Positions 20,242 to 29,928 are shown, numbered from the stretch's first letter. The stretch is DNA of 64,000 nucleotides from Candidatus Bathyarchaeota archaeon (GCA_963772455.1 CAVYXJ010000009.1:128001-192000), one strand, 5' to 3'. A program made the numbers and translations. Notes: generated from the letters alone by a model not told the origin.

Positions 20242-21171
20242 ATGGAAATCATAAACGTACGTTTGCCAGACAAATTGGCCCAAGACATAGATAAATTATC
20301 AAAGAAACATAGTCTAACCCGTTCAGAAGTTATTCGCCAAGCGTTAACAATGTATTTGCATCTAACAGAAAATGTAGGCACTATGCTAAGACCCATGGTC
20401 TTCCAAGTAAAACCCGCCCAAATAAGTTACACGAGAAGAGGCGATGTTTCAATACTAAAAGTTCCCACAGGGCATGCCATCGTGGCAGGATCAACATCAT
20501 CAGGAGCTGTTGGACCCAAGGAAATGGACAAAGTTAAAGTGGATGGCCGTATGTTGGGAAAGTTTTTGGCACGAGTTGCTTTAATGGATGTTTCTGCAAC
20601 AGGTGCATTTCCCCTGCTTTTGTCTGTTACTTTAGGAGTTGAGAAGGAACCAACAGGTAATGCCATAATTGAAGGCATAAGGGGAGAAGCAAGAAGTATT
20701 GGTCTTGATCCAAACCAAGTTATAATGGAAAATACTGAGGATAATTTCGAAACCCTACAAACGGGGGTAGGTTTAACTGTTGTTGGCTTCGCAAATGAAG
20801 GGGAGCTCAGGATTGGAAAAACGTGTCCTGGCGACTTAATTGTTGCGATTGGTAAACCTAAGGTCGGTGATGAAGTAATTGCTGGAGAAGTTAGAGGCGA
20901 AATTGCAGACCTAAAAAACGTCACACAACTCTCGCAGAGAAAGTACGTCCATGATATTTGGCCCGTTGGAGGATTTGGTATTGCTAGTGAAGCAAAAATG
21001 ATGGCTTACGGGGTTGGAAGACAATTGAAAATCAATGAAGTGCGAGGGTTAGATTTGAATAAGTCTGCTGGTCCAGCTACCGTTGTTCTTGCAACAATCG
21101 ATAGTGATAGTCTCGAAGATTTAGTGTCTCTTATTCCTAAACCGATTAATGTAGTGGGAGAAATACTCTAA
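20242..21171 (+). CDS. Ribbon-helix-helix (CopG/NikR-like) domain fused to an AIR-synthase/PurM-fold domain similar to alpha-ribazole kinase CblS
   Basis: IINVRLP..L...ID.L......TRSEVIRQAL is an RHH; GD.SIL...SGAVGPKE.D, RVALMD...TGA, EKEPTG, TEDNF.T.QTGVG.TVVG, GK.KVG.EV, DL.KSAGPAT match CblS-like proteins. Confidence 0.7.
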   Translation: MEIINVRLPDKLAQDIDKLSKKHSLTRSEVIRQALTMYLHLTENVGTMLRPMVFQVKPAQISYTRRGDVSILKVPTGHAIVAGSTSSGAVGPKEMDKVKVDGRMLGKFLARVALMDVSATGAFPLLLSVTLGVEKEPTGNAIIEGIRGEARSIGLDPNQVIMENTEDNFETLQTGVGLTVVGFANEGELRIGKTCPGDLIVAIGKPKVGDEVIAGEVRGEIADLKNVTQLSQRKYVHDIWPVGGFGIASEAKMMAYGVGRQLKINEVRGLDLNKSAGPATVVLATIDSDSLEDLVSLIPKPINVVGEIL

Positions 21172-21181
21172 GGAAAAGCAC

Positions 21182-21652
21182 TTACTTTAGTAAATGTCCA
21201 TTGCGATCGATTTCGCCACTTCGAATTCTAGTAGTGGAAATTGGAGTATTGTTTTCAGCTGGAACCATGTTGACAGCAACAATTTCAAGTGGAGCAAACC
21301 CAGCTTTTTGGCGTTTTTCATTTATTCTTTCAGCCATTTTTTTAGTTTCTTTACTAACAACCAAAGCTTCCAAGCCTTTACCCGATATCGTTAAACCGCA
21401 TGGATCATTTAATGGCACGATTTCAGCTCTTGCAACTAAACCAGATAATTCCAAAAAAGCTGCAAGTTCTTTTTCTCTTTCTTTATACGATGCAGTAATG
21501 TGGGGTTTGCCCATTTTTGACACAAATTCGTCGGAAGATAAACCGATGATCACTTTGTCTCCGACTTCAAATGCTCTTCCAAGTAAAGTCTTGTGTCCCA
21601 TATGTAGTTCATCGAATGTTCCGCCAACAGCGACTTTATGGAATTTTTTCAT
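21182..21652 (-). CDS. coaD: Phosphopantetheine adenylyltransferase, archaeal type
   Basis: VGGTFD.LH.GH, LVVS.ET, ISTTRIR.GEID. Confidence 0.92.
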   Translation of the reverse strand: MKKFHKVAVGGTFDELHMGHKTLLGRAFEVGDKVIIGLSSDEFVSKMGKPHITASYKEREKELAAFLELSGLVARAEIVPLNDPCGLTISGKGLEALVVSKETKKMAERINEKRQKAGFAPLEIVAVNMVPAENNTPISTTRIRSGEIDRNGHLLK

Positions 21653-22585
21653 TTTACCAGCCTAGCGCCTTGAAAATCTATCTTACTGACTATCACTTGT
21701 TGTGAAGGTAAGGTTTGCTTAAAAGCTTCTGCTACTGAGTTAGCGTTCTCTTCATACACTATGGCGTGGACTGCTTCGCCAATCATGTTTTGGGCTGCAC
21801 CTACAGCTCCAGCCTTCTTAGCTGAAGCAACTAGTTGGCGGGTATTTTCGGTTGAGAATCCGGCTTTTAGAGAGAAATCCCAGCAGCATTCGAGAAAATT
21901 CTCGAGGCTTGGTTCTAAAAGGATAGCTTCTAAAGTTTTTTGACCGAAACGGTTTATCTCTTGTTTTTTTTCTGGTACTGAAAGGATGTTTTTCTTTAGA
22001 ATATTTGATTTGAAAAAGCCAACTACAACTTTGTAATCAGATCTTAATGGTATGCGGTCGATCTGACAAATGCCAGGTGCTCCTGGTTTAACAACGAGTA
22101 CGCAGCCGCCGCTAAATGTCAATGAACTAACTGTTCCTAAACCAGTTTGACATTTTATTTCGGAGACGTGGGCTATTTTACCAATCTGATTATAGGTTAA
22201 TGGTAAATCTAATGCATCTTTGAGTGCCAAGCCGGCTGTTAATGCTCCTCCTGCACTTGTGCCAAACCCTGTTCCAATAGGCACTTCAATTTGGTGTTCA
22301 ATGTTAATTTTGTATTTTGTGGTGGTTTTGCTTAGGAGAGATTCTAAAACTTGCTCTGTTGTTTTCGCTTCTTTAGCTAATTTGGAATTAATATAAACTT
22401 TAATGCTGTTTTTCCGATGCTTCTTCCGCGGTTACTGTGGTTAATACTCCTTTTTCAAGCCCGAATCCTCCACCAATCGCCCCTATTTTCTCTAAATCAG
22501 CAATTGGTTTCCCTTTTTCCGTGTCGTGGATTTGGAAAAAGCTGGAGATTGCTGCTGGCGCGAAAGCTTTAGCTGTTTTAGTCAC
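21649..22585 (-). CDS. Pantoate kinase (GHMP family), frame break in an A-run at ~22410
   Basis: AFAPAAISSFF...GAIGGGF N-terminus, PIGTGFGTSAG, TGLGTV, PGAPG, QNMIGE; ORFs 22400-22585 and 21649-22284 join on removing one A. Confidence 0.88.
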
Positions 22586-23304
22586 TATTCTTCACTTTTC
22601 TGGTTTTTCGCGGCTAATGTAGGGAAAGCTCGATAGATTGAGGCAATTATTGGCGGTCCTAGGACAAGAACAAACGGAATTTCGGTGAAGAAAGTGAAAA
22701 AGAAGGTTGATAAAGCAATAGGTATAGTGACAGGTGCACCTTGCAAGAAATAATTTAGAAAAGGAGGTACTGTCGCTGCAATTATTGCGGAACCAATTAA
22801 CATGCCTGCTATTGATCCGACTTCGAAACTGCGCCAACGTGAGTTTCTTAAAATAACTACTGGAACAAGAAATATTATGTATGATGCAGCAACTACGCCA
22901 ATAAATGCAATTTTGGTCCAATAATCTATGTTAGTATAAGCGTACCCAATATATATGAAAACTGCAGTGGCTAAACCGTAAGTTAAAACGGGGGTTTTCC
23001 AGCTTATTTTTTTCTTTGCTATGTATCCTATTAAGAAGAATGCTACAAAGTTGCTAGTTACTCCTGCAATTAATGAAAGCAATAAGTTGTTTCCAAAAAT
23101 GGCGTCGCTTATGAATATACCCACTGCAGCGCCGATTCCTCCAACGAGTGGACCAAACACCACGGCGAAGATGGCAGGAACGATAACTGGTGGCCAAAAT
23201 CGGACTCCGCCAAATGAAATAGGTAGTATTGTATAAAAAATGTAACCGACAGCCACATACAATGCAATGTTTAAAGCTAGACCGGCAACGTCAATAGTTT
23301 TCAA
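22585..23304 (-). CDS. ECF transporter S component
   Basis: ALY..VG, GVRFWP.VIVPA.FA..FGP.VGGIGAAVG.FISD motif; multiple TM segments; stop overlaps pantoate kinase start (TAGTG). Confidence 0.8.
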   Translation of the reverse strand: MKTIDVAGLALNIALYVAVGYIFYTILPISFGGVRFWPPVIVPAIFAVVFGPLVGGIGAAVGIFISDAIFGNNLLLSLIAGVTSNFVAFFLIGYIAKKKISWKTPVLTYGLATAVFIYIGYAYTNIDYWTKIAFIGVVAASYIIFLVPVVILRNSRWRSFEVGSIAGMLIGSAIIAATVPPFLNYFLQGAPVTIPIALSTFFFTFFTEIPFVLVLGPPIIASIYRAFPTLAAKNQKSEE

Positions 23305-23461
23305 GTTTTTATCCCTACGTTAAGTTTATCACTGAAAACTTCGGAGACAATTAAGCCTTCCGTATATAACGTTTAAACATGATTAAACAATAAAATCGGA
23401 AGATCTTGCTTAAACAAATGTTAATAATTGAATTATTTGGAAATAGAAGAAAGTGTTTTGG

Positions 23462-23809
23462 CTATTTCTTGTGCCTTTTGATTCTCTCTTGCCGCTGTGT
23501 CTTCTTGCGCCAATCTTTCTTTCGCTGAGTCTGCATTGAGAACCTTTCTTGACGGGGGACATCGAGTTTTCTAAAAGGTCCCAAATTCCGATAAAACGTT
23601 TCAAGATCAATTTTATTTTCTTTTAGGTCTTGAATGTTCTGGTTTAACTCTGTTTTAGCTTGAGCTTCGGTTGCCTTGTCGAAAGCTTCTTCATAAACAA
23701 GGTAAGCAGCGTGAAACGGGAAATTCATTGAGTCATTGTCGATTAAAAGTTTCTCAATTTGAGGGATTATTTCATTGTTGTTGTTTTGCTCGTTTGGTTG
23801 TTGAGTCAT
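23462..23809 (-). CDS. Hypothetical protein with Lys/Arg-rich C-terminus
   Basis: ORF with likely ATG at 23809; basic tail RKKDWRKKTQRQERIKRHKK. Confidence 0.7.
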   Translation of the reverse strand: MTQQPNEQNNNNEIIPQIEKLLIDNDSMNFPFHAAYLVYEEAFDKATEAQAKTELNQNIQDLKENKIDLETFYRNLGPFRKLDVPRQERFSMQTQRKKDWRKKTQRQERIKRHKK

Positions 23810-24006
23810 GTTTATCCGTCTTTTGAATGAGCAATGATTGTTTTTCACACTTTTAAGGATGTGCCTATTTTGATAAAAGAAATCTTGCTTGTTCTAACGC
23901 TCGAGCAGAATTTTGCACCTAATAAATGCTTTCGAACTATGTTGAACGGAAAAGAAATCAATCATAAACGAAAAATAAAGATGGACAAAAATTGTCATTT
24001 TATTTC

Positions 24007-24451
24007 TCAGTTTGTTCGCTGAAGAAAATTCCTAATTTTTTTTGCATCCATCTCCAGCAACTCTTCGACCCTAGGCTGAGTTGGATCCCGATAAGCCTTG
24101 CCATGACTAAAACCTTCATGGGGCATCATAGGAATAATATGCACATGCAAATGGAAAATTACCTGTCCAGCCGCCCAACCATTATTCTGCACAACTCGTA
24201 TGCCTTCAGCGCCCATTGCATCCCTAACCGCATGCGCAACCCGCTTAACAACTCTGGAAAAGAAAAGCCACCTCATCCTCTGAAATCTCATAAATATTCT
24301 CATAATGTTTTTTGGGCAACACAAGCGTGTGACCCTCGTTTACGGGGCGGTTACTCAAAAACGCAATGACTTGCTCATCCTCGTAGACTACGCTTGCAGG
24401 TAATTGTTTGCGAATTATCTGGCAGAATACACATTCAGACATAGAGTCCAT
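24007..24451 (-). CDS. HIT-family nucleotide hydrolase (frame break at ~24256)
   Basis: CVFC.I, P...GHTLV.PKKH in one ORF; NNG..AGQVIFHLHVHIIP in the overlapping ORF. Confidence 0.9.
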
Positions 24452-24514
24452 ACCTTTCAGCCGTTTATTTGGTGGGATATATCTTTAAATGAATTTCTAA
24501 TTTAATAATACTTT

Positions 24515-25537
24515 ATGGACACTTTAGTTGATGATATTGGCAGTTTTCCTTTGCCCCAAGGAATTGGAAGAGAAGTCTATAACAAGGCGTATGAACTTGC
24601 AAGAGATGCAATAATTAAAGGTAAAAACCCTGCTGAAGACGAATTTGTTCAAAATAATTTTTGTTCGGTAGTTGTTGATTCTTTTAAGAAAAAAATTATT
24701 TCCGGTTTAGATGTAATTAATTTTCCTCAACATTACAGTGGAATCAAACAAGTTGGTGATGCCGTTCATGCAGCTATGGAGAAGGGTTCATTTGTCGTCG
24801 ACCAAGATAGAGCATTTCTCCCAGAAATATTCGTTCTCAACCAAGAAGCAAAAAAATTAAGTGAAGAGTTTGGTAAGAAAATCCTTTTGAGAGTTTCAAT
24901 TTTTGGTCCAATCGAGCAGTATTTGTCTGAGGTTGGGACAACGGCTTTTCCCGACGTGTTAGATGGATTTGCCCAAACGATAAATCGCTTTGCAAAAAAC
25001 TCCATATTAAACAATAAGTATATCGAAACTAAGGCGATATCAATTGATGAACCAAGTCTTGGCCACATGAATCTCTCGGCAACGCCGGAGTTGGTTCGTG
25101 AAACACTGCAAAAAGCTTTTGATTTTCAAGGACCTGTAAAACAGATTCATCTGCATTTCTCGTCTGGAATACATGATTTACTTGCCGTTCAAGGTCTAGA
25201 TGTTTTGTCTTTTGAATACGCTGCGTCTCCAAAAAATATTGAATCAGTCCCAAAAAGCATGCTTGACAGTGCGGATAAGCAGATAAGGGTTGGAGTTTCC
25301 CGAACCGACATTGACAGTATCTTTGCTGAACTCTACGAGAAAGGCATCACTAAACCATCCAACGAACAATTAGTTGACTCAGTGGAGATAATAGCAAAAA
25401 GGTTCCGTGCTGCCAAGGAAAAATATGGAGAGCGGATGACGTTTACGGGTCCTGATTGTGGACTTGGTGGCTGGCCAAATCAAGATGCAGCCGCGTTACT
25501 GTTGAAGCGTACAGTTGAGGCAGTAAAAACCGCTTAA
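24515..25537 (+). CDS. Cobalamin-independent methionine synthase, catalytic-domain-only (core) type
   Basis: DDIGSFP, GLDV, SIDEPSL, QIHLH, LSFE, GPDCGL. Confidence 0.75.
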   Translation: MDTLVDDIGSFPLPQGIGREVYNKAYELARDAIIKGKNPAEDEFVQNNFCSVVVDSFKKKIISGLDVINFPQHYSGIKQVGDAVHAAMEKGSFVVDQDRAFLPEIFVLNQEAKKLSEEFGKKILLRVSIFGPIEQYLSEVGTTAFPDVLDGFAQTINRFAKNSILNNKYIETKAISIDEPSLGHMNLSATPELVRETLQKAFDFQGPVKQIHLHFSSGIHDLLAVQGLDVLSFEYAASPKNIESVPKSMLDSADKQIRVGVSRTDIDSIFAELYEKGITKPSNEQLVDSVEIIAKRFRAAKEKYGERMTFTGPDCGLGGWPNQDAAALLLKRTVEAVKTA

Positions 25538-25542
25538 TTCAA

Positions 25543-26406
25543 TTATTCCTGCGGTTCCTCTGGCAGAGGTGGCTGAGATACAGGCATTGTTTTCTTGGCT
25601 GGTTTCTCGCCTGGTTGACCTTTGGGTAATTCTTTGAAACCGAACGTTCCTACGGGTGGCCAACCAGCTTCAGGCATTGAGGAGGGAATTAGCATTATAG
25701 TGTTTGTACCAGCCTGTTGACCGAGTTCATAAATGATGTTCATCCATCTTAACCGTAAGCCTTGCTCGCTTGACTCATACATTTTTGCTGCTTCAATCAT
25801 TTTTGCAGATGCTTCGAACTCTGCGGTAGCTAAGGTTACTCGCGCAATCCGTTCCCGTTCAGCCTGTGCTTGGCGGCTCATTGCGTCTTGAAGGTTGGCA
25901 GGGATAATGACATCTCGGACTTCAACGGAAGTGACTTTGATGCCCCATGACTCAGTTTTCTCGTCTATAATTTCTCTCAGTCGAGCTCCGACTTTTTCGC
26001 GTTCAGCAAGCAATTCGTTTAGACTGACTTTGCCGATGACTTCTCTGAGGGTTGTTTGCGAAGCTAATTGGGTTGCTTGATAATAGTTTTCAACTGCCAA
26101 TACCGCTTTCTCCAAATCCACAGGTTTCATGTACAAAACTGAATCGACGTTCACGGGGACATTGTCTCTTGTTAATGTAGATTCTGTTCGGAATTGTATG
26201 GTGTCTAGTCTTGTTGAAATTTTTATAGGTGCTCTGTCGATTAACGGGACAAGGTAAATTAGTCCTGGACCTCTCATGCCCACGTAACGTCCTAGCCTTA
26301 AAACGGGCATGCGTTCCCATTCCCTTAGGACACGGATGCCGCTTAATAGGAAAAGTGCAACTACAATAGCTATAAAACCTATAACTGGAACTAAAATATC
26401 AACCAA
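25543..26406 (-). CDS. SPFH / stomatin-like (slipin) protein
   Basis: N-terminal TM, LRLGR...GPG, LTRDNV.V.VD, QTTLR.VIG, WGIKV..VEV.DV, AM..QA.AERER. Confidence 0.93.
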   Translation of the reverse strand: MVDILVPVIGFIAIVVALFLLSGIRVLREWERMPVLRLGRYVGMRGPGLIYLVPLIDRAPIKISTRLDTIQFRTESTLTRDNVPVNVDSVLYMKPVDLEKAVLAVENYYQATQLASQTTLREVIGKVSLNELLAEREKVGARLREIIDEKTESWGIKVTSVEVRDVIIPANLQDAMSRQAQAERERIARVTLATAEFEASAKMIEAAKMYESSEQGLRLRWMNIIYELGQQAGTNTIMLIPSSMPEAGWPPVGTFGFKELPKGQPGEKPAKKTMPVSQPPLPEEPQE

Positions 26407-26446
26407 TCTTCATCCCTCAACTATTGGTATTCTAAGCTTTATGGAA

Positions 26447-26842
26447 TTAAGCTTTTTGCTCGGTTGGTTTTACCACAAGAAACATGCCATCCATACCTAT
26501 GACTTCAATGGTTTGACCATTTACTATTTCACCGTCTTTGGCTGTGGCTTCCCAGAATTCACCCATAACTCTGACTTCGCCCTTTGGCTTAAGGTCAGTA
26601 GTTGCTGTTCCAATAGCACCAATCAAAGCTTCTTTTCCAGTCTTAACACGCGTAAACTGAGCTTTAACACCTACATAGAATATGACTGCTAAAATCAAAG
26701 CTACAATAATCATTGTAACTCCAAGAGTTAATTCAACCGAAATGGCTAATCCATAATAGGTTGTTCCAGAAATTACTGCGAAAAACAGGAACGCTGCAAT
26801 AGTTACTAAAACACCTATCACGAAAGCTAAACTTGCCTGCAT
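26447..26842 (-). CDS. Short NfeD protein (TM + C-terminal OB domain), stomatin operon partner
   Basis: TG.EALIG..G......P.GEV.V.GE.W.A, G..LVV. Confidence 0.88.
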   Translation of the reverse strand: MQASLAFVIGVLVTIAAFLFFAVISGTTYYGLAISVELTLGVTMIIVALILAVIFYVGVKAQFTRVKTGKEALIGAIGTATTDLKPKGEVRVMGEFWEATAKDGEIVNGQTIEVIGMDGMFLVVKPTEQKA

Positions 26843-26925
26843 TCCTATTCCTGAATTATTGATAGGTTGATTTCGCTTATAAGGTATTTCTGAAATATAA
26901 AAAAAGAAAAAAGAATATTTTTGGT

Positions 26926-27075
26926 TTAGTTCCAGTGTTCATTTATGAATAATCGGAGCGATGGATCTTCTCGTGGAACGATTCTTAGTTGAGGCGTTGG
27001 GGATGGTCGTCTGCGTAGCGGCGGTGGCTGCATGGGTGATGGCGGTTCAAGTTCTAAGGGAATTTTGTTTATCAG
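26926..27075 (-). CDS. Unannotated 49-aa proline-rich protein (CTG start overlapping the protease stop)
   Basis: Reads (M)INKIPLELEPPSPMQPPPLRRRPSPTPQLRIVPREDPSLRLFINEHWN*; CTGA overlap; followed by a T-rich tract on the minus strand. Confidence 0.5.
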   Translation of the reverse strand: MINKIPLELEPPSPMQPPPLRRRPSPTPQLRIVPREDPSLRLFINEHWN

Positions 27076-28016
27076 TCTTCTTCGCCTCCGTGAACAGTTG
27101 GGATGATTGTGATTTCGATTAGACTCTCTTTGCGAATGATTGTTAATGTCGTTTCTTTATTGATAACGTCTTGTGCGAGCAGTCTTGGGAGGTCGTAGAA
27201 TTCAGTAACGGGTTTGCCATTGAATTTAATTAACACGTCGCCCATCGCTAATCCTGCTTTGCGTGCTGGAGATCCTGGTTCAACTGAGAATATCATAACG
27301 CCTGTTTCTTGATCTAAGCTTGCTGCCTCGGCGATTTCCTCTGGGATAGCGACGGTGTTGGCGATTATGCCTAGATAGCCTTTCTGGGCAATTTTTCCAG
27401 TCATTAAGCGGTCAGTGATGGCTTTAACCTTGTTTATGGGGATAGCTATGCCTCTTTGCCAAACGTAAGCTGCGTTTATGCCGATTAATCTGCCTTCTAC
27501 ATCTATGAGTGGTCCGCCGCTGAAACCTGGGTTTAACTGGGCGTCTGTTGCAATTATATTTTCCATGGCTGTTCCTCTCCAGCCGCGGATGGTGCTGTTA
27601 ACGCTTGTTACCATGCCTGAAGTGGCGGTTGACTGGTGACGGTTGAATGGATTAGCGAGAGCTAAAACGTATTGTCCTACGTTTAGTTTTTCGGAATCAC
27701 CCATTTCGATAGGTGTAAATTCTCCTTTCTCAGCTTTAAGCAATGCTAAATCATTATATGGGTCTGTGCCTACAATTTTTGCTTGAACGTTTTTTTCGCC
27801 TATTCCGATTTTGACTGTGTTGCATCCTGAAAGTACATGGTTACATGTCACTATGTAACCGTCTTTAGATAAAACTACACCTGTGCCATGTGACATTTGT
27901 GATTTTACGCTGACGACGGATTCTGAAGTTTTTTTGATTAAGGTGCTTGTTGCTTCTGAGATCGATTTTAAGATTTCTAATGGGTTAGTTAGTTGACTCA
28001 TTTGGTTTTTCTCCAA
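27072..28016 (-). CDS. HtrA/DegP-like trypsin serine protease with one PDZ domain, no signal peptide
   Basis: Triad TCNHV / DLALL / NPGFSGGPL; PDZ GYLGI...V.PGSPA.KAGL..GDV. Confidence 0.92.
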   Translation of the reverse strand: MEKNQMSQLTNPLEILKSISEATSTLIKKTSESVVSVKSQMSHGTGVVLSKDGYIVTCNHVLSGCNTVKIGIGEKNVQAKIVGTDPYNDLALLKAEKGEFTPIEMGDSEKLNVGQYVLALANPFNRHQSTATSGMVTSVNSTIRGWRGTAMENIIATDAQLNPGFSGGPLIDVEGRLIGINAAYVWQRGIAIPINKVKAITDRLMTGKIAQKGYLGIIANTVAIPEEIAEAASLDQETGVMIFSVEPGSPARKAGLAMGDVLIKFNGKPVTEFYDLPRLLAQDVINKETTLTIIRKESLIEITIIPTVHGGEED

Positions 28017-28076
28017 AAGAGTATAGATGCAAAAAGGTATTTGTTGACTAAGGAATGCGTGTAGTCAGTCACAAAA

Positions 28077-28709
28077 TTAAGCTGGCATCGTGGAGCTGCT
28101 GAAGTAACCAACGTTTCGGGTCATGACATGTCGTGCAGACTGCGAGGTTATGCAGAGTTTGCCGATGTGTGACATTAATTGGTAGGAAGCTTTTAACGCC
28201 AAGTTTACGTTGTTGTTTGTTAAGAATTTAGCTTCTATATTTAGAGCAGTACCCTGGATATTTGCTGCTATTTGGATTGCACCATCTTCGGTTATCCATT
28301 TGAGAGTAACTCCTTGATTGTTTTCAGATATGCCAAACCAACGTAGCAAACCGAACCATTTGCCTTTAAGCGACAAAATCAGTTGCTGCGTCATCAGGTC
28401 TGAAGGAAGGAACGTTTGTATGAGCGGTGTTGTGGGGGTTTCTTTTTTTGGTTGACTAAGTTTTAACTCGGTTATTTTCGGAGTTACTTTGTAACCTTCA
28501 TGCACCTTTTTTATTATGCCTTCTTCTTCCAGACGGGTAAGTATTCGTGATAGCGTTTCAGGATGTAGTCCTGTTCTTCGTTTTATTCCATCAAATGTGA
28601 AAGTGGCTAAGTCTTCGGTTTCGATAAGTGCCAATACGTCAGCATCGCGTTCGCTCAAGCTGAAGTCGGCTTGTGGGTTTTGCCAATTAACATTCAGAAC
28701 AGGTATCAT
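28077..28709 (-). CDS. Winged-helix DNA-binding protein
   Basis: LSERD..VL...TFDGIKRRTGLHPETLSRILTRLEEEGII....GY. Confidence 0.75.
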   Translation of the reverse strand: MIPVLNVNWQNPQADFSLSERDADVLALIETEDLATFTFDGIKRRTGLHPETLSRILTRLEEEGIIKKVHEGYKVTPKITELKLSQPKKETPTTPLIQTFLPSDLMTQQLILSLKGKWFGLLRWFGISENNQGVTLKWITEDGAIQIAANIQGTALNIEAKFLTNNNVNLALKASYQLMSHIGKLCITSQSARHVMTRNVGYFSSSTMPA

Positions 28710-28928
28710 TAATTAGAGGATTGTTGAAATGTTGCTTTTGAAGGTTCCTAATTGTTTTGATAAAAAAACAAGAAATAAAGCTTATGAAGAATAACATCAA
28801 TTGAAACAAATAAACCTAATAATAATTAATAATTAACAAATATTTTCTACTTTTTTTTGTTTATTAATCAGATATCCTATTATTTTAACAATAGCCAAGT
28901 TTTTAACCTCAAATGCTTTCCCTTTATT

Positions 28929-29453
28929 ATGGAAGAAATTGAAGTCAAAGTTCTAGAAGTTAATCGGTTAAAAGTTGAGAAGATTCTCGCCAATTTGGGC
29001 GCTAAAAAAGTCTTCGATGGTAAAATTGAAACGTTGTTCTTTGACTTCAAAAAAGGTACAATTATTAAGAAAAAAAACGTTCTTCGTCTAAGAAAAAAGC
29101 AAAATAAAATAGAATTAACATATAAAAAAGTTCATTTTACCTCAAAGGCCAAAACTGCAGTAGAATACTCTGTGAGCGTTTCAAGTCTTGAGACAATGGA
29201 GAAAATTCTTATGAATTTAGGTTTATCTGTAATTGAAAGTATGCAAAAGCAAAGGGTCAGTTACAAACTTGATAATGTGCACTTTGACTTTGATCGTTAC
29301 TCTGGGAACTATGGGTTTATTCCTGAGTTTTTGGAAATAGAAGCTGAAAACACTGATTTAGTGTACAAATATGCGGCCTTGTTAGGGTTTAAAGAGAAAG
29401 ATTGCTTGCCATGGTCAACAACAGAGTTAATTGAGCATTATTCTTCAAAATAA
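28929..29453 (+). CDS. CYTH / class IV adenylate cyclase-like triphosphate tunnel enzyme
   Basis: N-terminal EIEVK (ExExK), LRLR, LTYK, K.R..Y, FLEIE; likely start ATG 28929. Confidence 0.85.
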   Translation: MEEIEVKVLEVNRLKVEKILANLGAKKVFDGKIETLFFDFKKGTIIKKKNVLRLRKKQNKIELTYKKVHFTSKAKTAVEYSVSVSSLETMEKILMNLGLSVIESMQKQRVSYKLDNVHFDFDRYSGNYGFIPEFLEIEAENTDLVYKYAALLGFKEKDCLPWSTTELIEHYSSK

Positions 29454-29478
29454 CCGTTTTGGGATAGATGTTGGTCAT

Positions 29479-29928
29479 TTATTTGTGGGTGGGACCAAGT
29501 TTGACGACTTTTTGCGCCGCTTTCGGCTTTGTTTGAGGAATTGCAGAAACCTTCTTTGAAATGTTCCAAGCTGGACATACGCCATATTCTTTCTTAAATT
29601 TCTCCATGAGTTCTTTTTGTGTTATCTTTGGGTTTTCACTAACCATCCAACTTATAGACACTTTTTCAAGGTATCCTTCATTTATGAGCATTGAATTGAT
29701 TTTTCGGGTTGTCTTACCACCATATCCTGCCAGATATCCACCGAACACTCTTTTTATTGGTTTTTTGGATTTGCCAATGTACAAAATGTCAGATTCTCCT
29801 TTTCCAGTTAGTGTGCAGTCAGCGAGAACAAAAACACTGCTTTTATCAAAAGGCAGAGAAGAAAATGTGAGTTTTTTTAATGGTACGAATTCGGCAAAGC
29901 CGTTCTCTTTAAGAGTTAAAGAATTCAT
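29479..29928 (-). CDS. GIY-YIG-like nuclease-fold protein (degenerate)
   Basis: SVFVL...ILYIGKS....KR, P.WN; the catalytic Glu is not obviously conserved. Confidence 0.5.
   Translation of the reverse strand: MNSLTLKENGFAEFVPLKKLTFSSLPFDKSSVFVLADCTLTGKGESDILYIGKSKKPIKRVFGGYLAGYGGKTTRKINSMLINEGYLEKVSISWMVSENPKITQKELMEKFKKEYGVCPAWNISKKVSAIPQTKPKAAQKVVKLGPTHK

Noticed and set aside
22395-22420. Programmed ribosomal frameshifting in pantoate kinase (and HIT, dys, CHAD fusion)
   Set aside because: The sites share no slippery heptamer or stimulatory structure, and these families are not known to be recoded; sequencing indels are simpler
29479-29928. GIY-YIG protein as a homing endonuclease or defence system
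   Set aside because: Degenerate motif, with no intron, methylase or partner genes nearby
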